From: Savitreella phatthalungensis
Lineage: Eukaryota
Reading direction: 5' to 3'
DNA: 30,743 nt
Assembly: GCA_051599415.1 (NCBI GenBank)
Contig: AP039694.1
Coordinates: forward strand, 620,001 to 650,743
This document shows positions 1 to 10,899 of the stretch, piece after piece (within the stretch, counting starts at the first letter, position 1; each line of letters starts with the position of its first letter). The notes below the pieces were generated by a model. That model had not been told where the DNA came from. It ran no database searches and saw only the letters and a list, made by a program, of their open reading frames with translations. The translations under genes and the position numbers were made by a program.

Positions 1-990
1 GTCGGGTCAGCAGCAGATGGGACACCAGCAGATGAAAGGATATCCGAATCGTCGATTTCATCCTGGTGGGATACGACTTTCTCGTTGTGGAACGCAAACA
101 TCTCCGAGAGCGTCACCGATGCTTCCTGGTCGAAGAGATGATCGATGCCCGGAAGTTCAAGATACTGGTAGTCGGCGCCCGAGGCGGCAAGAGCCTCGGC
201 TAGCTCGCGACTTTGCTCGACACCAACGGCTTGATCAGCGTCTCCATGTACGAGGAAGACCGGGCAGATGCTTTTGCCTTTGCGCAACTCGGTCGGTACG
301 CTATACAGTGATTGACTTCCGCGATCGACGCCAAGAAGATTGGCAAGATTTGCCTTATCGAGCATGTAGTAATACATTTTTGAACGCGGATGTTCACGCC
401 CACTCGACGTCATAATGGCGCTACCGGGGTCGATGAAAGCCTTCAGACTTTCGGCGTCGTAGGAGTCTTTCCCCAACGGCTGTGGTGTGGTGAAAAAGTC
501 TCCTAGCGGATCCGTAATAGGATAAATGGCTAAACAGGATCGTAGCTTAGAATCTCGCATTGCCGCGAGCAGCGCAAGGTATCCGCCTGCGCTCGAGCCG
601 GACACGGAAAGCTGTCTCAGGTCCAGGATATCTCGACCTACGAGAGAATCTCCGTGACGTCGGATATGCTCTATCGCATCAAGGCAATCTTCAAGGATAT
701 CAGGCAATTTGACCTGCGGAGCCAGCCGGTAGTCCACGGAGCAGAGAGCGAACTGTCCTCTGCGAACGCCAGACAGGAGATGTGGCGCAACCCCCTTGCG
801 AGTGCCCTGAAGCAGGCCACCGCCATCTACACCCGTGTCAGTACGTTTTCACGAGGCGAACATGCTTCAGACAGAACGTACGATACCAGACGATTACCGG
901 CAATGGTTGATTCGCATGGCTGTCGGGAAGGTGAATGTCATAGCTGATTTTTACCCCGTCCACGATCTTGAAGACCACCTCCAGAAGCAT
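1..990 (-). CDS. alpha/beta hydrolase (HSL/esterase-like), 2 exons, 3' end runs off the window; not in the ORF track
   Basis: Manual translation: ATG at 990 (MLLEVVFKIVDGVKISYDIHLP...PLPVIVWY). Intron 827-881 (GTACGT...TACTGAC...TAG, 55 nt) splits the His codon of HGGG. Then VDYRLAP, nucleophile GSSAG, VHGDAD and GIDHLFD. The frame stays open to position 1. Confidence 0.9.
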
Positions 991-1252
991 CCTACTGCTT
1001 GCCCGCCTGCCTGCCTCTTCGAGGAAGAGGATTGACGTTGATTTCAGCTTGCTTTGATGCTACCAGATTCGTCCTGTGCCGCGAAACGGGATCGTATAAG
1101 ATTGATCAAAGATCGTCCACCGACGAGCTAACAAGTCCGAGTTAAATGGGGTAGGACACTGGGGAAATTTGTACTCGCAAACGTTGTCTCGGAGAACGCA
1201 AACGATTGGCCTGTGGGCGAAGACAAGTGGCGAGCTCTATACTGGCAGTCCG

Positions 1253-2011
1253 ATGGAGCGCCTCGATCGCCTCGCAAACGCTCAAAATGCTCTGACGAGG
1301 GATCTCGTGCGTATCATGCGCGAGAAGAAGACAAATCTCTGCCTGGCTCTGGACGTTAGCTCATGCGCAGAGGTGCGGAGGATCCTGCCGCTGGTGGCAG
1401 AGCATATTTGCCTGCTGAAACTTCATATCGATGTATATGCTGACTATGACTCATCCTTCCTCGATTACCTAAGTGAAGCAAAGGCCGAGTACGGGCTCTT
1501 AGTCTTTGAAGACCGAAAGTTCGCGGACATTGGTTCGACCGCGGCCGCTCAATACGAAGGCGGCATCTATAAGATCAGCTCGTGGGCGGATTTGGTGACT
1601 GTGCATGCTATAGCAGGGCCCGGTACCCTCAAAGCTATGGCATCTGTTGCAGGAAAGATCGGTGCCCCTCGAGGTGCACTCCTTCTTGCCGAGATGTCAT
1701 CTGAAGGCAATCTATGCAGCAAAGACTACCAGGATGGCGCGATCACTCAAGCAAAAAGTTACCCGGAATTCGTGACGGGCTTCATATCGCAGCGCAGACA
1801 ACCAAATTTGCCCAGCGAAGCTCTGGTCTTGACACCTGGAGTCAATATGGACATTCAGGGCGATGGTCTGGGCCAACAATTCGCTTCGCCGCGGAATGCA
1901 GTAGAGCGAGGAGCAGACATCATCATCGTCGGCCGCGGTATTTATCAGGCGGAGGACATCTGCTCAGCTGCGCGGAGATACAAAGAAGCTGGTTGGGCTG
2001 CTATACAGTAA
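1253..2011 (+). CDS. URA3: orotidine-5'-phosphate decarboxylase
   Basis: KKTNLCLALDV, LLKLHID, active-site FEDRKFADIG, TPGV...GDGLGQQ, DIIIVGRGI. First in-frame ATG is 1253 (the track start at 1169 is TTG). Confidence 0.95.
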   Translation: MERLDRLANAQNALTRDLVRIMREKKTNLCLALDVSSCAEVRRILPLVAEHICLLKLHIDVYADYDSSFLDYLSEAKAEYGLLVFEDRKFADIGSTAAAQYEGGIYKISSWADLVTVHAIAGPGTLKAMASVAGKIGAPRGALLLAEMSSEGNLCSKDYQDGAITQAKSYPEFVTGFISQRRQPNLPSEALVLTPGVNMDIQGDGLGQQFASPRNAVERGADIIIVGRGIYQAEDICSAARRYKEAGWAAIQ

Positions 2012-2081
2012 GATAAAGAGATAGCCTCAACCTAAGGAGGACAATTCGAAGCGCATCTAGTCATGAAATATTGAGGCGATC

Positions 2082-3341
2082 TTACATCCGCTCCATTCTT
2101 CCGCCCGAATCCAGAACATCAGATGCCAACAGGGCATCGCGATCAGTTGATGTCCCTTCTACACGACCACTGATCGGACCTCCGCTGCTGTAAGAGGGCG
2201 GGCCGCCGTGAGTCGGAGCCGAAAGTGTCTCCATTGCAGGCAAGCTTTGCGCATGGCTCGGACCTGCGACATGCAGTCTATCAAGTGAAATATCACCCGC
2301 GAGGGACATTCCCGGATGGTGTGACAATGACGCACTGTCCAGAAGACTGTGCTGCGTCACTTCTGAAGCGCTGCGTTCGAGCTCCCGACTGGGTTGATGG
2401 CTTGGCGCGCCAAAGCCTGCAGCCAGAAGCACCGAAGTGCCGATTTCCTCGCTTCCATACGCTGGAGGTGGCGCCAATGTCCCTGTCATCGGTGCCAGAC
2501 CCCACTTCTTGACATTGGCCTCGATGAAGACAAATCCAGCCTGTCCAAAGTTCACGTGGATGCTACAAGGTCCATGTGCCCCAATCGAAGGGAAAAGATT
2601 TCGTCTCTGACCCGTCGCAGCCTCCTCGAGCTTTTTGCCATTGCGCGTAAAGAATATTGTGCCGGTGCGGGCTCGATAGCCACAGCCAACCACGTCTCCC
2701 TGCCGCAGAGCTGGCCCATAGGGTCTCCCGACGAAAGGCTCATTGTGGCGCCGCTCGCCGTCAGACATGTATGCGATCGAATGACGACTGAAGCCAGGCA
2801 GGCGGAAAGTCGGATAAGGCTTAGTCGTGAGTCCAACCGACAATCGCGTCGCAGTTGGAAGCTCGTAGACCTTCGCCTCCCAATAGTAGACATCGTTCTG
2901 CCGTGGGATTGGTAGATTCGTTTGGACACAGCATTCTTCATTATCGTAAAAAGTCAATTCCGTACGACACTCGACCAGGCAATTCGTAGCCTCCGGATCG
3001 GGCTCAAATTCCCAGGCTGAAACGCCTTTCTCTTGAATTGAAAGATATTGAGATAGAGAAATGTCGGTCGGGATGCTCTCGGGCGGCTGCATCTGCTGAA
3101 AGGCTCTAGCTCTTTGATAGCATTGTCTTTGTCGCTCGTCCAAGCTGTCCAAGTACATCGCCTCGTCCCGTGCGATTTGTTGCTCGTCATCGAAGCTGCC
3201 CGGAACTGTGTTTCCCAAGAGAATGCGACCATCCTGGCCAAGATAGACGATACGGATGTAGAGCGTCGCGATGCAGGCCAGCAGCACGAGACCTAGCAGG
3301 GCTCCGAGCGTGCTCAGAAAAGCTAGAAGAGCGCTGTTCAT
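2082..3341 (-). CDS. SSH4: SPRY-domain membrane adaptor of Rsp5 ubiquitin ligase (Ssh4/Ear1 family)
   Basis: N-terminal TM helix, IQEKGVSAWEF, QTNLP...YYWEAK, KPYPTFRLPG, FFTRNGKKL, NFGQAGFVFIEANVKKWGLAP. PY motifs PPAY and PPSY. Confidence 0.9.
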   Translation of the reverse strand: MNSALLAFLSTLGALLGLVLLACIATLYIRIVYLGQDGRILLGNTVPGSFDDEQQIARDEAMYLDSLDERQRQCYQRARAFQQMQPPESIPTDISLSQYLSIQEKGVSAWEFEPDPEATNCLVECRTELTFYDNEECCVQTNLPIPRQNDVYYWEAKVYELPTATRLSVGLTTKPYPTFRLPGFSRHSIAYMSDGERRHNEPFVGRPYGPALRQGDVVGCGYRARTGTIFFTRNGKKLEEAATGQRRNLFPSIGAHGPCSIHVNFGQAGFVFIEANVKKWGLAPMTGTLAPPPAYGSEEIGTSVLLAAGFGAPSHQPSRELERSASEVTQHSLLDSASLSHHPGMSLAGDISLDRLHVAGPSHAQSLPAMETLSAPTHGGPPSYSSGGPISGRVEGTSTDRDALLASDVLDSGGRMERM

Positions 3342-4208
3342 GATGAAGCCTTGAAAGCTGGCGCGCGTGTTCGCGCGTCCAAGCGCCGGATGGTTTGGAG
3401 GATCTCGTAGAGTCTGCTGCCAACCTCTACAGTTCGCTTGGTTGTGATCGTACTTCTGCTATCAAGACGAGGTCACGAAAATGTCCGTGACATTGTCATC
3501 GCCATCGTACACAATATCGATATGAAATCTATCCCAAGACTTCAATCGAACCAAAATTGATCCACTAGCTGATCGAAATCAGTTGCAGCAACCAATGAAG
3601 TTCATCAAATGATCATAACCAAGGCTTTTGAGCGGACCCTCCTCACGGAGAATCAAAGATCCAATTATTCTCTTGTACTGATTACCTTGTTTCAATCGAA
3701 TGTATAATTTATTGCTTTGTGGACTCCAGATGTGAAAAATCTAGTCAATAAGAGAGCCCTTCATACTGACACGGTATACTGGATGTGCAAGACTTGCAGT
3801 GATTCGCTCGAGAAGCTAGATGTCGAGACGTAATTACCTCATTCGATGATCGAGGACAAGGAGAGAGACACAGTCTGCATTGGGGAGAGCAGCAATATTG
3901 TGATCCATTATTTACATACGTGTTAGCTAGGAAGACTGATTGATCGGACGAGAGCAACGACCGTCATATTGAAGGGAGGTCGTCTTCTGGGAATCGTAAG
4001 ACACCTACGCTTCCGCGATCTGCCTCTGCGGGAACGAAGCGCGAATTGTCGCTTCACAGGACATTGACGCAACAAGGAACGCCCTGTCAAAGGATCTGAT
4101 CAACCCAGCGCGATCCGCATATCAAGTATGCTCGTATCGGGATGAGCCGTGTTTCTCACAGATAGGGTAATCTTCTGCCGCTTACGTACGTCGAGGCGTG
4201 CTCGAATC

Positions 4209-5294
4209 ATGATTCGCTTCCTATTCTCAATTCCCGGAAGGGCTCTTTCCATCGTCATCGCCGGGCTCATGCCCGCCAAAAGGTCAAAAGTTTTGCATGG
4301 TCATGATGCAGCTATCGCATATGCTCACGAACTCTGCGGCACCGTGCACGAGTCTTCTCGATCATCCAGTCCACATTCACAAGCAAACGCTGGCGATGTG
4401 CTGACGATGACCTATGCACAGGCTGTAGCGGAAGCAAAGCGCAACTTGAAATTTCTCTTGGTATTGCTCACCACGGACGTACACGATGACACTCGAGCAG
4501 CGCAACGAACCCTCACTGACGACACCCTGCGGGCGGTCATCGCGTCTCATGAGATCTACGTATGGGCCGGCAGTGCGACACAGCCGGATGCCCGAATGGC
4601 AGCACTGTCCCTCGGTGTGACTCGTTTCCCGTTTATCGGATTTATCACTCCGAAGCAAAATGGTTCGATGGCATGCGTGAGTAAGATTGAAGGGCTTGCA
4701 CTTACTGCCGAGGTTACGGCGATGGTGTCGAGTAGCGTGGAGACCTATGAGCCAACGTTGATCACGATGCAAGTCGACAAGAAGGAGCAAAATGCTTCCC
4801 GTGAAATTCGAGCGCAACAAGATTCTGCATATGAAGCTTCACTTCGGCGCGATCGTGCGCAAGCGCAGAGACAGCGGCAGTTGCTGGAAGAGGCCGAACG
4901 ACGTGCTGCCGTCGAAAAAGAGAATACCTTAAATCGACTACGCTGGTTAGCACAGGCGGCTGAGCGCCTCAAAATGCTGCTCAAAGACTCTGCCCTTCCG
5001 ACCGGGCAAGTAGCGCGCTTGCAATTTCGCCTGCCTGATGGCTCCCGGCTAATTCGCAAACTCCCACGGGACACTCCTATTTCGGATGTCTACGCTCTGA
5101 TAGAGATCGAGATTACCAAACCCCCTGACGCTGGTGTCGATCCCAGCGAGGCACCATCTGACGCATACATACACAGACACAGCTTCGCACTCGCTACACC
5201 CATGCCACGCTGCGTTCTAGATGCGGACAGAACCATCGCGGACTATCCCCAAATTTGCCCGAGCGGTACGGTGGTTGTTGAATCAGAAGAATAA
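4209..5294 (+). CDS. UAS + coiled-coil + UBX domain Cdc48 cofactor (Ubx3/FAF2-like); start uncertain
   Basis: TYAQAVAEAKRNLKFLLV (UAS), REIRAQQDSAYEASLRRDR, RLQFRLPDGSRLIRK...TPMPR (UBX). First in-frame ATG is 4209; an upstream exon cannot be excluded. Confidence 0.85.
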   Translation: MIRFLFSIPGRALSIVIAGLMPAKRSKVLHGHDAAIAYAHELCGTVHESSRSSSPHSQANAGDVLTMTYAQAVAEAKRNLKFLLVLLTTDVHDDTRAAQRTLTDDTLRAVIASHEIYVWAGSATQPDARMAALSLGVTRFPFIGFITPKQNGSMACVSKIEGLALTAEVTAMVSSSVETYEPTLITMQVDKKEQNASREIRAQQDSAYEASLRRDRAQAQRQRQLLEEAERRAAVEKENTLNRLRWLAQAAERLKMLLKDSALPTGQVARLQFRLPDGSRLIRKLPRDTPISDVYALIEIEITKPPDAGVDPSEAPSDAYIHRHSFALATPMPRCVLDADRTIADYPQICPSGTVVVESEE

Positions 5295-5393
5295 ATTGAC
5301 GATTTCGTGACCAAGCTAAATTAGACAGTGCCAAGCGATGAAGCGTTCACTATGGGCGAGCCGACGATAACTTACTGAACGATCGGGTATTAG

Positions 5394-6380
5394 ATGTCGA
5401 CTGAGGTGGCTGACGTGGCACTGCCGCCTTCGCTTGAGCAGGTTCGACAGCGACTGTCGCAGCTGACACAATCCCTTGTGAGCCTTCGCACCAGGCTGGC
5501 TCAAGCAGGACCCATTGTTGCTGAAGAAGCAATCGATGGTCCGCCTCAGGGGGGCTTGCCTGTATGGAGTCAGCTGAGTCCCTCACTGAGCGTTCTGCTA
5601 TCTCAGGCTGCTAATCTGGCAGCTCAATTGAGAGAACAATCCAAGGTCTGGTCACAATTCCACGTCGTGCCTGCTCCAGGCTTTGTTCGGCCGGAAGAGA
5701 CCGGTCAACCATTGCAAGCTGAGCTTGTATGGCAGTCCCTCGTCAGAACGCGCCCCTTACCTGAAGTGGAAGCATCAGTGAATGAAGCTCGACTACTGGG
5801 ATCTCTCGACGGCACAAATTTGGATGTCGCCGTGCGTATACTTATCGATGCGCAGCGCGATTCATGGACTAGAGGTCAGTTAGCTCTTGATTCAGACTCC
5901 GCGACAAAGCTGGGCGGAACAGACGATCTCTTCGGAGATGGGGACAGTGAGGGTGCTGGGACTGAAGATCGCGATGGGCGAATCGATGTCCACGGCAATG
6001 GACACGCCATGACAGGCACGCTCGGAGGTGCGCACGACGTTGGACACGACTTTGGCAGCGAAGATGGAGACGAAGATATTTCTGACTCTTTGACGCCAGC
6101 AGAGTGGTGTGCTGTTCGGGCGCAGAGCTGCAACACTTACAAAGCCGCGTTTGAGTCCCTCAGACAGCAATTGGAAGACTTCGACTCGGACGATTCAGAT
6201 GAGGAAGACGATCAGAATTTCGAGGAGAAAAACGCACTACTCAAAGTCACTCTACCTGTCTCTGCGCCGATGGATCTGGCCGACTTGCTCCAGCTCAGGC
6301 AGGCGAGAGAGTCTGAGTCCGAGCAAAGCTTTGCTCAGGGTGCTCGACCAGGTCTCTCATACGCGAGACAGGGAAAGTAG
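5394..6380 (+). CDS. MED8: Mediator complex subunit Med8
   Basis: LEQVRQRLSQLTQSL, LPVWSQL, VVPAPGF and LVRTRPLPEVE match the fungal Med8 N-terminal pattern. Long acidic C-terminal region. Confidence 0.75.
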   Translation: MSTEVADVALPPSLEQVRQRLSQLTQSLVSLRTRLAQAGPIVAEEAIDGPPQGGLPVWSQLSPSLSVLLSQAANLAAQLREQSKVWSQFHVVPAPGFVRPEETGQPLQAELVWQSLVRTRPLPEVEASVNEARLLGSLDGTNLDVAVRILIDAQRDSWTRGQLALDSDSATKLGGTDDLFGDGDSEGAGTEDRDGRIDVHGNGHAMTGTLGGAHDVGHDFGSEDGDEDISDSLTPAEWCAVRAQSCNTYKAAFESLRQQLEDFDSDDSDEEDDQNFEEKNALLKVTLPVSAPMDLADLLQLRQARESESEQSFAQGARPGLSYARQGK

Positions 6381-6403
6381 ATTCAGTCGAAACTTCGGCC
6401 CCT

Positions 6404-7984
6404 CTACTTCGGCTCTGCGATCGTGCCGCACTGTCGACACTTGCGGAGTTCTTCGGATTGCTGCCACTCCCGAATAGCCGGCTTGAGCTGACTACCAAGA
6501 TCCTTGACATGGCCGAGGTTCGTTTCGTGCACCACAACCGGTTCGTCCTGATTCGCATGTGCGTCCGATCGGCAATACCAGCGCAGCCTGTCTTGCGTGG
6601 ATCCCGGGCGAACACGCTCAATAACAAGCCCAATAGTGTCTGCGAACCTCACCGGATTGTGCGGCGTGTTGGCTGGCAGCAAGAACATGTGGCCCTCGCG
6701 AATCCATATGTCCTTGAATGTTTTTCCCTCTTCAACGACCTTGAGACACATGTCACCTTTAACTTGGAAGAACCATTCCTCTGTGTCGTTCAAATGGTAG
6801 TCGTTGCGCTCATTGGGACCACCGACGACCATCACGATAAAATCCTTCTCAGCGTATAGACAATAGTTGTTCACTGGTGGCTGGAGACGATGACCTTCCT
6901 CCTTCAGCCATTTCTGGAAGTCGAGAGGCGGAAGAAGCGGCGAGATGTTGTCAGGCGGGAAACTCAGCCGACTGACGGCATGCGGCTCGGTCGAAGAGGC
7001 CGTCGGAGCTGCAGACTTGACTTCGGCCGTGACGTGCGATGCACGTTCATCCTCACGTTTACGCTCCGCTGTTGTATCGATTTGCTTACCGTCAAGCTCT
7101 CTTTCCACCTCGGGAATGAGGGTCTCCAAAAAGGCCACATCTTTGCCCAGTAGAGATACTACGACTCCGGCATTCACGCCACGAGGATAAGATCCGACCT
7201 TCACACCTTTACCTTCAACTCGTTTCTGCAGTGCCGTAAGGAATGGGCTTATGCTGCTTTCCGGCCGGGATGTGGCTACCAGCAGACGGGTCTGTCGGTT
7301 CGCGGGGTCCAGTTTGGGCGCGAGGATTGTCCTATAACCAGTCAAAAGACCCTGGAATAGCCTAGGAATACCAGGAAGAATATGAACATTCTCGTTGACA
7401 ACCACGATCGGGACCCAAAGCTCTTGGGCAGGGAAGACGACCTCTGCGCCTCTCGGAAATTGAGCCATCCTGCGCCGCGCGACGATCTCTGGATCGTCGT
7501 CCGGCACATCCCAATTAATTTTGCGGACTGAAAGCTTCTTCATCCTTGCTATTGTCTCCTCATGCAGGACGAGATCGGCATCAAAGGCTTGAGCGATGGA
7601 GGGATAGGTCAAATCGTCGTGAGTGGGTCCAATACCTCCCGACGTAACTACGAAATCGTAGTTTGCAGACATGCGGCGGACGGCTTCACCGATCTCGTCT
7701 GCCTCATCCGGGATCACCTCGCACCGGCGCAAATCGATGCCGAGCTCGAAGCAGTATTTAGCGAACCAGGCGGAATTCGTATCAACCGTCTTACTGCTGA
7801 GAACCTCATCTCCAATGATGATGATGCCAGCCGTTCGGACTACGCCGTCCTTACTTCTTGTCGATCCTCCCATCTTTCTCGACAGATTGAGATTTGCAGT
7901 CTTTCTGAGCTGGGATTGGCGGACGGTGCCGCTGTTGAAAATAGGAAGCAAGACTGAGAGTCGCTGTGAAGACCTTCTGAACAT
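6404..7984 (-). CDS. BNA1: fusion of molybdopterin-binding/CinA-like (Fpy1-like FAD pyrophosphatase) domain and 3-hydroxyanthranilate 3,4-dioxygenase
   Basis: N-part: IIIIGDEVLSSKTVDTNS, VVTSGGIGPTHDDLT, ILPGIPRLF, VGSYP. C-part (~6404-6937): PPVNN, VGGPNERNDYHLNDTEEWFFQVKG, LPANTPHNPVRF, IERVRP, LRWYC, CRQCG. One uninterrupted frame; ATGs at 7984 and 7873. Confidence 0.9.
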   Translation of the reverse strand: MFRRSSQRLSVLLPIFNSGTVRQSQLRKTANLNLSRKMGGSTRSKDGVVRTAGIIIIGDEVLSSKTVDTNSAWFAKYCFELGIDLRRCEVIPDEADEIGEAVRRMSANYDFVVTSGGIGPTHDDLTYPSIAQAFDADLVLHEETIARMKKLSVRKINWDVPDDDPEIVARRRMAQFPRGAEVVFPAQELWVPIVVVNENVHILPGIPRLFQGLLTGYRTILAPKLDPANRQTRLLVATSRPESSISPFLTALQKRVEGKGVKVGSYPRGVNAGVVVSLLGKDVAFLETLIPEVERELDGKQIDTTAERKREDERASHVTAEVKSAAPTASSTEPHAVSRLSFPPDNISPLLPPLDFQKWLKEEGHRLQPPVNNYCLYAEKDFIVMVVGGPNERNDYHLNDTEEWFFQVKGDMCLKVVEEGKTFKDIWIREGHMFLLPANTPHNPVRFADTIGLVIERVRPGSTQDRLRWYCRSDAHANQDEPVVVHETNLGHVKDLGSQLKPAIREWQQSEELRKCRQCGTIAEPK

Positions 7985-8874
7985 GTAACAGCGATTGATG
8001 ATTTTACGTAAGTGCTCCGAAACACGTCGTCGCTGTCTGTTGTCTCCCTGAAGATCTGCGGAGTTGACTATATGCACGCACTTCGTCTGTTGCTCATGAT
8101 GGTGTTCCGGACGTGCTCCGTGGATGGCAGTGTCCAAACCCGGCTCAGGTGATTCTGAGATGCTGATGTCACCGCATGGCCCGAGATTTGTATGTTTTTC
8201 TTCGTGTAAAGGTCGTTCAAATAAATGTTTGATTTTTGATTTACAGATCCACCAGGTCGATAAATCTAACTGGAAACTTTCCAAAGTGCTAGTCTATAGT
8301 CATGTTCGAAGGAAAATTAATCAAACTATCGACTGTTATATATGATTGATGCATATGTACGTGAGAGGTAGCCGTCCTTGGCCCGGCAACTAATGCAGAC
8401 CACTGAACCAATGCAGAGATACGCGCTGCACGATGCTCGTCGTGAGAGAGAAACAGCGGTAGATTCAGATGAAACTTGTGTATATGTGAATGGTCGATAA
8501 TATAAATTTAAATTGATATGAATTTTGTATGTCCATCATATATCGACCGAAGTATCTATCACTTGAATCCATCAAGATATTGAATAGATCTTGTTGATGA
8601 AATCTACCCAAATCTTTAAGCACTGTCGGTGGTCTGGCAGCATGTATCCTGGCCAATTGATCACCTTTGCGTTCTTCAGCTTCATCATCATTTGGCAACA
8701 TCATCATTGACACAAATCGCGACGTCCTTAGCACTTGTGCCGCGCGATCCGCGTCGTCCTGATATTCCGTTACCGCGACAGTTCACGACCCATCTGGCTC
8801 CACGCGCAAGTCTCTAGCCACAGATAAACTTGACTCGTCTCCGCAACGCTCACAGCCAGTGACCTGTGCCGGTT

Positions 8875-10827
8875 ATGGGGACGGAATCCGCTGTCAAAGG
8901 GGCGACGAAATCAAAATTGGCAGCCCCTAAAGCCAAATATCTCGATTCACTCTTGGTGGTAAGCTATCGACTGAGATATTTCACAAATGCCGAACTTGTG
9001 CTGACTTGCTCATCAGGCAGCATCGTCAGGCCCACATGGCATTGCGGATATCTTTACCCATCTTTCAACTCGACTGAAAGATCCGACATGGACGATAGTG
9101 TTTAAATCGCTCATCGTTATCCATACCCTGATTCGCGACACGCGTGATGATCAAGGTTTGTTTTGCAAAGCCCACAGAGCTCAGCACACTGACTGATAGT
9201 CCTGTCTTTCATGAGTGGATCTAGACAATTTCGTTTGACGGATTTGCAGACCGTCGGTGTCTCTCCTATGTCCGACCATGGCCGCAGTATTCACAATTAC
9301 GGTGGCTATCTTCAGCAGCGCGCAAGGTCTTTCGCGGCCATACAGCAGGACTACGCTAAGGGTCGGTCCGATCGAAGCAAGGCCAGCGGACGGCTCCGCA
9401 AGCTCTCAGTCGAGAAAGGGCTGCTCCGAGAAACGGAACACGTGCAAAAGATGATCAGTAGCTTGGTGCGATGCAAGCTATCGGAGAATGGTGTGGAGGA
9501 TGACGTCGCTCTCGCCGCCTTTAAGCTTTTGGTTGCCGACTTACTCATACTCTTTCAGGTCGCTAATGAAGGGGTGATCAGTGTGCTCGAGCATTTTTTC
9601 GAAATGTCCAGATCCGATGCAGAACACGCCCTCAAGGTCTACAAGTTGTTCGTTGAGCAGACTGAGGACGTTATCGTTTTCATGTCCCTTGCCCGTAGTC
9701 TCGAGCGCGCACTTGGCCTAACAATACCGAATTTACAGCACGCCCCGACCAGTCTCGGTAATAATCTGGAGGAGTACCTGCGCGATCAGGACTTCGAGAA
9801 GAACCGCATCGAATATCTCAGTAAGAAGGGTCGTAGTGGCCCAGTTGAGCAAAGCACTCGAGCTTCAATTCATCCAACGCCTCGACGACCGACCTCGCCC
9901 GCGGCCCAGGCTGCAGCAGACCGTGTTATGCTGCCAGATGCTGTGCGGCGTCAATCAGGCAACGCGGAACTGATCGATTTCTTCGGGTCCATTGACGGTG
10001 GCGCGTCGGCGCAGTCAACACAATCCGGCACGAGCGAGCATCAGCATAAATCGCAATACGTATCACACCAACCCGACGATCGGCCCAGCGCGATCGCATC
10101 GCAGCAGAACGCGAATCCCTATGTGAACTTTCCTATAAGTCAGCGACAATCGTTCAATCCGTACGCACAGCAACAAGGCATGCCGACTCCGATATTTTCA
10201 CCGGTCGGGCTTCCTAATCAGGGCTTTGTTCCGCAGACCACGGGTTTCACTCCCCAGATCACGGGCTATCCACAGGGCATGTATCAGCAAATGCAGCCAC
10301 TTGGATTGCAGTCTGTTCCTGTGCTCGGCCAGTACCAACCAATGCAGGATTTCAGCAATGTCCAGTCAGCGATCGGGCAAGCTGAACAAGTCAGGCACTT
10401 TCAGCAATCAGCGCTGCCGATCCAACCACTATCAACAGGATCAAATCCTTTCAGAAAATCATTGCTGCCGACAGCGATGCAGCAAGGTCCAAATCCCGTC
10501 TCGACCAGTGCGACGGGCTACGCTATACAACAGCAATTTACTGGGAATCCTTTCACTCAACGAAATGAGCAGCGGAACGGCAATATGACTCCGGCGCAGC
10601 AGCCGCTGTCTAACTCGTTCAGCCCAGCTATGCCTGCTCAAATTACAGGCAACCCTTTCGCACGACGACATGTCGAAGCTAGTCAAACTGGACAATTCAC
10701 TGGAATGCAATCCAACATACAGCCGTCTGCGACAGATAGTATGCAGCCACAACAGACAGGTGGAAACCCTTTTAGACGATCAATTCAACCTCAGGGTATG
10801 GCGCAGCCGGGATACGTCAATCAGTAA
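8875..10827 (+). CDS. ANTH-domain clathrin adaptor (AP180/CALM; Yap1801/2-like), 3 exons
   Basis: Exons 8875-8958, 9017-9155 and 9200-10827. Introns GTAAGC..CTGAC..CAG and GTTTGT..CTGAC..TAG restore VKGATKSKLAAPKAKY, WTIVFKSLIVIH, LSVEKGLLRE, NEGVISVLEHFFEMS. Four NPF motifs and QxTG repeats in the tail. Confidence 0.92.
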
Positions 10828-10899
10828 GTATAGTGCACAAGATTCCAAATGTAATATTATCATGCGGGGCCGAACAACCATCCTCTCGTGACGCAGCTT

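Noticed and set aside
3342..4208. Possible snoRNA or small spliced gene between SSH4 and UBX
   Set aside because: Only imperfect C/D boxes and splice-like motifs; I could not identify a guide target or a coherent ORF.
7985..8284. N-terminal 100 aa of the 626-aa track ORF
   Set aside because: It has a TTG start, no ATG before 7984 and no domain-like content; probably 5'UTR or promoter.
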